Shown here one piece after another: positions 58,183-64,000 of a stretch of 64,000 nt of DNA. Position 1 is the stretch's first letter; each line of letters begins with the position of its first letter. Source of the DNA: Asterias rubens (taxonomy: Eukaryota); assembly GCF_902459465.1 (NCBI RefSeq), contig NC_047062.1:7254001-7318000 (forward strand), in the 5' to 3' direction. The notes below the pieces were generated by a model. The model was not told where the DNA came from. It did not search any database and worked only from the letters and a program-made list of their open reading frames with translations. The position numbers were made by a program, and so were the translations under genes.

Positions 58183-59050
58183 GTGAGTTCAGTATTCATG
58201 TTTTTTTTTTAAATTATTGAATGGTTCGACTTCAGACATTTCGATATATTGAAATCAATTTAGGGCCGGACACACCCCGCCTAAACCTTATCTAAAAACT
58301 TTCTCCATGTGCGGTTCAACGTTCCTTCTGCAATTTCGTCTCTAGCGAAGCGAAACTCGCAGTCCTATTTACCACCATGGCCACTACCGAATAAAGTTTG
58401 AGACGAATTTATGAAGACCGTAGGCTATACCTGAAATGAAATCAAACCACCTTTTTTTTATCAAACTTAAAATTTGTATTTATTTCTGTAAAGCTGTTCC
58501 ACAAAGTTGATGGGGTATAGCCTTCAAACACGAGTCAAACATTTTGCCAAAAAATGCATGTCTGATTCTTTGCATATATTATAAGAAACGTGAGTTGTTG
58601 TCAATTTAATGAGAATGTCAATATTTTTATGGTTATTTTCGTGCTTTATAATGAAAAGGGTAAACCTACAAGCAGCTTCATAAGTTCAGTGAAGCCATTA
58701 CATGCCATGCTAAGATGGTGGACACTTTAATGAGTGCATTGGATGGGGCCGGGTGTGTATAGACAGTGCACAGGCACAGTTGAACCAAACCTACATCACA
58801 AAAACAGCATCAACGGTTCGTTGATTTGCCCATAACGAGGTCAAATTGATGCCAAATAATCGCTTTCAAATTATTCGACACCATTCATATAAAAGGAATC
58901 CAACCCACCGTGGGTAAATTCAAGGTCTTTTAAAGCTAATGAAAAAGACACACAATGAAAGGGAACAAAAGTTACTTTGTGAACTCTTTTTGTGTAAAGG
59001 TTATTATGCTTCCAAAAAGTTATCCGGTATGAAAAGCTGTCCGATTTCAA

Positions 59051-59415
59051 AGGCAGTGTATATAATATAGGCATACTTTTAGTATTGTCAAAGACCAGTA
59101 CTATATCATCACTTGGTCTATCCCATCATTAGCATACAACTTACAAACCTGTGAAAACTTGTGTTCCATTGGCAATCGAAGTTGCAAAAAAAAAAATAAT
59201 AAAAGAAAAGAAAGCCTTGTTGCATGTGTGCTTTCAGATGCATTAGAAATACTTTGATGCTTGATGCTCTTCTCAGACACAATTCTTTTTGTGAACAAGT
59301 TGCTTATTTCAATCTTTAAAAACACATTGAAGGGGGTGCTTAACAATGTTTTGATAATATCACCCTTTGCCAAGTACGTTTTATCGTTTACTGTGGTGCC
59401 TATATCCTGCCTAAT
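59051..59415. mobile_element. Degenerate MITE family A-related copy
   Basis: AGGCAGTG start, TTGTCAAAGACCAGT, ACAAACCTGTGAAAA, GTGTGCTTTCAGATGC. Confidence 0.55.
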
Positions 59416-59784
59416 ATACATTCAAGCACTTTACATCCCGTGAGCGAGACTTTAACATGCGCCTTCAAAACGCGAGCAACTATAGTAGTTGTAAATTTAA
59501 ATTTTCGTGGTTTAAATTCGGAATCGGTTTTTTTTCTGGAGCTGGATCAAGCAATTTCACGAAGGGCTAAAAAGTCCCCTGCAGCCAAAAATGTCTATTT
59601 CGAGAAAACCGCGTTTTAAGTTTAGCTAATTTTGAAACTACAAGTTGGTAGACTATTCGAAATTTAATCTTGGAATTTTTTACATGTCAGGGAAGAAGAG
59701 ATTTTAAATCATACAAATCTGTTTCAATTTTGTCCCTAACATGTTTAATTAATGAGTAATTATTTAATTAACAAAATGTTCTTT

Positions 59785-60285
59785 TCGTGAAAACGTTAAA
59801 AAACATGGTCTGCGTGCAGAACGTCGTGTATAAACTTTTTGGCTGTTCGTGAAAACGCAAAAGCCGGAGCACCCACTTTTGGCACCTTGCCAAGGGATAA
59901 TTACACGTGGTAGAGCAATACACTTTTCTGCACTTCGTGAAAACGCAATTTTGGGTGGTGCTTATTTTTTGTCCTTTTAAGTTTTTGGCTCGTCGTGAAA
60001 ACGCAAAAGCCGGCGCGCTCACGATTGGCACTGTGCCAGCTTTACAATCAACGTGGTAAGGTATAACAAAAAATGCCAAAAAGGTTTTTGGCTCTTCGTG
60101 AAAACATAATTCCAGGTTCTTGAGGTTTTTGTCATTCATCAAATTAGCGTAATTAGGAAACTACACAATTTTGAGACCTATAACTTTGTAAATAGTTAGA
60201 TCCCGATCACAATAGTCAAATCCACCAAAAAAATCAAAATCAGTTTTTTATCGAATTTTAAGGTTTTTGGCCCTTCGTGAAATTG
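59785..60285. repeat. Same-orientation array of TCGTGAAAAC motifs including a diverged 146-bp tandem unit
   Basis: Motif at 59785, 59847, 59935, 59993, 60096, and a variant at 60275. Confidence 0.7.
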
Positions 60286-61536
60286 GTGACGAAAGACGTT
60301 GCTCTTAAAACCAGAGTGAAGCCAAAGGTGCGGTTAGTTCTTTTAAAAATATAAATCTTTGTGGGCAATCCATATCTACTTCTCCATTATAGGTGCTGTT
60401 TTTGAGGGGATTGTACTGAAAGCCATTGATGTGGAACACAGGACAAACCAATCGAAGGCAAAGTCGTAAATCTTAATCAATATCAATAGTACACCATTTC
60501 GCAACAAGCCATTCATTTTGTTCATTTCAATACCGTTAAAAAGCAGAAAAGTTCTTTTCAGAAACGGTGAGAAGTGTCCCGAATTCCGAAAATCTACTCC
60601 GCGGTATGTAGTAGACAAAAATATGAAGCATGAAGCAAGTTTAGATACACACACACGGTGCAACCGCAAAACCAAATATACAGGCCTGTCCGCTGCCTAC
60701 TTGAATCAAAACTACAGAGAGCATGGCTCCATCGACAATCCACTACTTCCTGAAAAGGTCATCTAGTCTGGGTTAAATCAAATCAAAGTTTTTTTTAGAT
60801 CGTTTTTAAAGACACAACAAATGAGTTCTTCAGGGGGAGACGTAAAATGTTATGTGGAAGCGTATAATTAGCCCCTTTTGAGGTATGGCGGACACCATAG
60901 GAGTTCACTGTTTGGTTTTGGGGTAGGCTACATGCAGACAAATTTACACAAACCCCAATATGAATATTCACCATTATCTGAAATGGAAAATTTCCCTCAA
61001 AACTATCAAGGTGCGTTTTGTAACAGCCTTGCGTAAACTTCACTCATTCCAGTGTGTTCTATTTACCAATACCCACACAGTTCAAGATTCAAATATCTTT
61101 TTATGCGGGTTTAGTCCGTGTAAGTAGAGATGGGCATGAAGTCACGTAGCAAAGAGGTGTGATAAGATCGAGGTATGATAAAAGGTGGACATGTCAACCA
61201 ATTTGGACCTCAAGAAAAACAGGGAGACAATACGGAAGATGGAGTTATGAACGAATAATATTGTAGGGGCATTTGTTTTGCAACAGACAGCGCAGGATAT
61301 ATGGAAAAGATAATTATTTTGTGAAGAGGCTTTTACTCCTGCGAGTGAAATAGGCTAAAATAATCTGCCAGATTTTTTCTTTGGGCCTGGTTTCAAAAAG
61401 GTCGGACATCTGTTTTCGAAGGAGTCGACTAAAACGGCAGTTAAGTAAAACACATGTCACACGGCAAAAGTCTACACAAATTCAACATGAGCTTGTAACT
61501 ATTATTCGCATACGTTTGCACAGGGAATGTTTACTC

Positions 61537-62446
61537 TTTTTTTTTTTTTTTAATGGATAATATTGTATTTGTATTTGTATTTGCACACATTTATTTCATT
61601 GCTGCCCAAACTTACACATTTTACAAAGTTTTATAAATATATTCAAATTATGAGTAGTTTACAGTATTTACTAGTATCTTAGGATCTGAAAGTTTACAAT
61701 GATTTAGATAGTTATACATTAGGAAGCTTTTAAAGTAGGACAACAATTAGGTTAGGGTGAAGCAGAGGCTTTTGTGCCTTAACCTATGGACAGACAAACA
61801 ACACAAAATACTATACAGAAGAAAGAAAACACAAGACAAACTAGACAAACAGAAAACACAACAGAGGCTAATATATGATGGTGAGTAAGTTAACAATATA
61901 CTTAAATAAACCTACGAATAAGCATCAAGAAGTTGTTTTTTTAATTTTCTTGTGAATGCAGGAAGAGTGATTGAAGATTGAATTGAGTAACTCAAATTAT
62001 TCCAAAACATAACGCCACGTTGAACAACACTATTTTGGTATAATGTTGTTCTCTGGCGGGAAACGAACAGGTTTTTCTTGGCAGTGCTACGAGTATAGTG
62101 TGAATGGATGTTGGACGTTAGTGTGAAAAGTGAATTAATGCAACTTGGCAATGCGTTATTCATAGCTTTATACATAAATTTACCAAAATTTAGTTGGTAA
62201 AGCTCAATAATTTGTAGTAATCTAAGATTACAAAATAATGGAGCCGTATGGTCACGGGCACCAGCATTAGAAATAACACGAACAGCTCGCTTTTGCAAGG
62301 TGAGAAGTCTACTGTTTTGTGTTAAGGAACCAATATTGCAGCAACGAGCGTACCAGATGGTATTTTGGGGTTCATTACACTGCTTGCATAAGTCATGTGG
62401 GAAATACAAAATGCATTCAACTCATAATGGAAACATTCCAAGCTGC
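61537..62446 (-). mobile_element. 5'-truncated CR1/L2-group LINE (post-RT C-terminal domain + 3' UTR)
   Basis: ORF 61912-62409: LLTLQKRAVRVIS...HTAPLFCNLRLL...IHSHYTRS...RGVMFWNNL...FTRKLKKQLL; (TACAAA)3 and poly(A) at the 3' end. Confidence 0.85.
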
Positions 62447-62450
62447 TTAA

Positions 62451-62829
62451 AGGCAGTGGACACTATTGGTAATTGTCAAAGACTAGCCTTCACAGTTGGT
62501 GTACCTCAACATATGTATAAAATAACCAACCTGTGGAAATTTGAGCTCAATCGGTCATCAAAGTTGCGAGATAATAATGAAAGAAGAAAACACCCTAGTC
62601 ACACGAAGTTGTGTGCGTTTAGATGGTTGATTTCGAGACCTCAAGTTCTAAATCTGAGGTCTCGAAATCAAATTCATGGAAAATTACTTCTTTCTCGAAA
62701 ACTATGGCACTTCAGAGGGAGCCATTTCTCACAATGTTTTATACCATCAACATCTCCCCATTACTTTTCAACAAAAAAGGTTTTATGCTAATAAATATTT
62801 TGAGTAATTACCAATAGTGTCCACTGCCT
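62451..62829. mobile_element. MITE family A copy
   Basis: TTAA|AGGCAGTGGACACTATTGG ... CCAATAGTGTCCACTGCCT|TTAA. Confidence 0.9.
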
Positions 62830-63155
62830 TTAAGTGACACTCTCTTGACTGTACCGAACAAGGTGGACCTTTTATAGTTCTTAAGGTGACTGATGTGCCA
62901 TTGGGAGGTAGGGGTTAAACCCTAACATGTGAAGGTAGCCAATAATATTGCTCCACTAAACGTATACAGTATATCTTTTGTGGTTAACGACGAGAGTGAT
63001 TTTTGTAGTGGGTACCATGGTGTGCTTTGAAGTAAACCAAATTTTTAATTAATGTACAAATAATATTAGTGCATGAGTAGTATCAACCTATTTTCTGCGC
63101 CTAAGCTATATAGTGAATACTTGTTTAGGACACTAACAATAAATATGATAAAATG

Positions 63156-63237
63156 ACAAGGTTCCAGAAATGGTAAATGATAATGACGCCAATATCACAA
63201 GGTTCCAGAAATGGTAAATGATAATGACGCCAATATC
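63156..63237. repeat. Perfect 41-bp tandem duplication
   Basis: ACAAGGTTCCAGAAATGGTAAATGATAATGACGCCAATATC twice. Confidence 0.95.
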
Positions 63238-63729
63238 AAACACACTCTGTAACATTCTTCTCATGAGAGAAACCGATTGATTCTGATAGTGAAAAGACCA
63301 ATGTTTTTTTTAAACGCAGTATCAAACGCTTTTCTACAAAATGGTCCCTCTGTCGGTTACGGATTGGCCGGAAGATGCGTCACGTGAGTAAACCGAACAC
63401 CGAACGCGCCCATGTTGACTCACTAACCCTGCACGTGGCACAGCCTCACTGCCTTAATGATGTCTGTTACCATGACCAACACAATTGGTGATAACATTAC
63501 GGAATGTCTGATATCTTTATCAATTACTTATCCATAAGCAATCATTGTTAACCATCTCTTTTCTGTGGCGTTGTCATTCTGTACCAAAAAGCTGTTCCCG
63601 CGTTTTCACTGCTTTGGTAGTTTGACATAAATTCTCCAGGCAATCATTGCCAACCGATGTCCGAATGAGCGTTCACCTAGGATGCCAGCTTGGTTGGTGT
63701 GTACAAATCCACGTTCACTGGGCCGGTGT

Positions 63730-63905
63730 CGCATGCAATTATGTCCTCTATGCAATACTGTCCGTAGGAAATTATTGCATATGAAACAATGTCCGACGGA
63801 CGGTTTTGCATATGCAATCGTGTCCGCCCGGACGCTGCTGCATAATGCAATTATGTCCGCCCGGAAACATTCGCATATGCAGTTGTGTCCGCCCCTGTGC
63901 AAAAC
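63730..63905. repeat. Degenerate array of about 32-33 bp (TGCATATGCAAT.TGTCCGCCCGGA)
   Basis: About 5-6 units built on TGTCC(G) and GCATA(A)TGCA. Confidence 0.7.
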
Positions 63906-64000
63906 CGTCCTTGCAGTAAATTAAACACCCTTGGTCGACGGAACACGTTCGCAATTTTTTACATGCTAACTAGGTGCATGTCATGAATGACATGGGAAAT

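Noticed and set aside
62300-62817. ORFs of 64-163 aa, and similar ones at 19595, 22077, 22159, 48206, 51178 and 59101
   Set aside because: They lie within MITE family A or related copies; the similar peptides just reflect the repeat, and frames differ between copies.

Overview
AT-rich, intron-rich animal genomic DNA; it is not prokaryotic, so there are no operons or CRISPR arrays. The repeat families resemble those I recall from sea-star (echinoderm) genomes, but this is unverified. Protein genes: (1) a minus-strand synaptotagmin-14/16-like locus with a TM exon (24152-24319) and an acidic 'SSSDSD' exon (21547-21723). Downstream of these lie four ATG-initiated exons that all end in phase-1 donors (12119-12497, 7835-8135, 3936-4347, 1659-2130) and a symmetric candidate cassette exon (10510-10611); the gene appears to run off the left edge. 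(2) OPA3 (+, 2 exons, 159 aa). (3) CCDC61/VFL3 (-, 15 coding exons, about 552 aa). (4) Exon 1 of an M28B glutamate carboxypeptidase II/NAALADase-like gene (+). Mobile DNA is abundant: a 5'-truncated Penelope-like element with an intact GIY-YIG ORF, a 19-bp flanking direct repeat and a minimal type I hammerhead ribozyme; a CR1/L2-group LINE fragment; tRNA-derived SINEs; and many MITE families (TTAA-flanked Kolobok-like, TA-flanked and others), with three nested insertions. All family assignments come from motif recall and hand translation; no database search was run.
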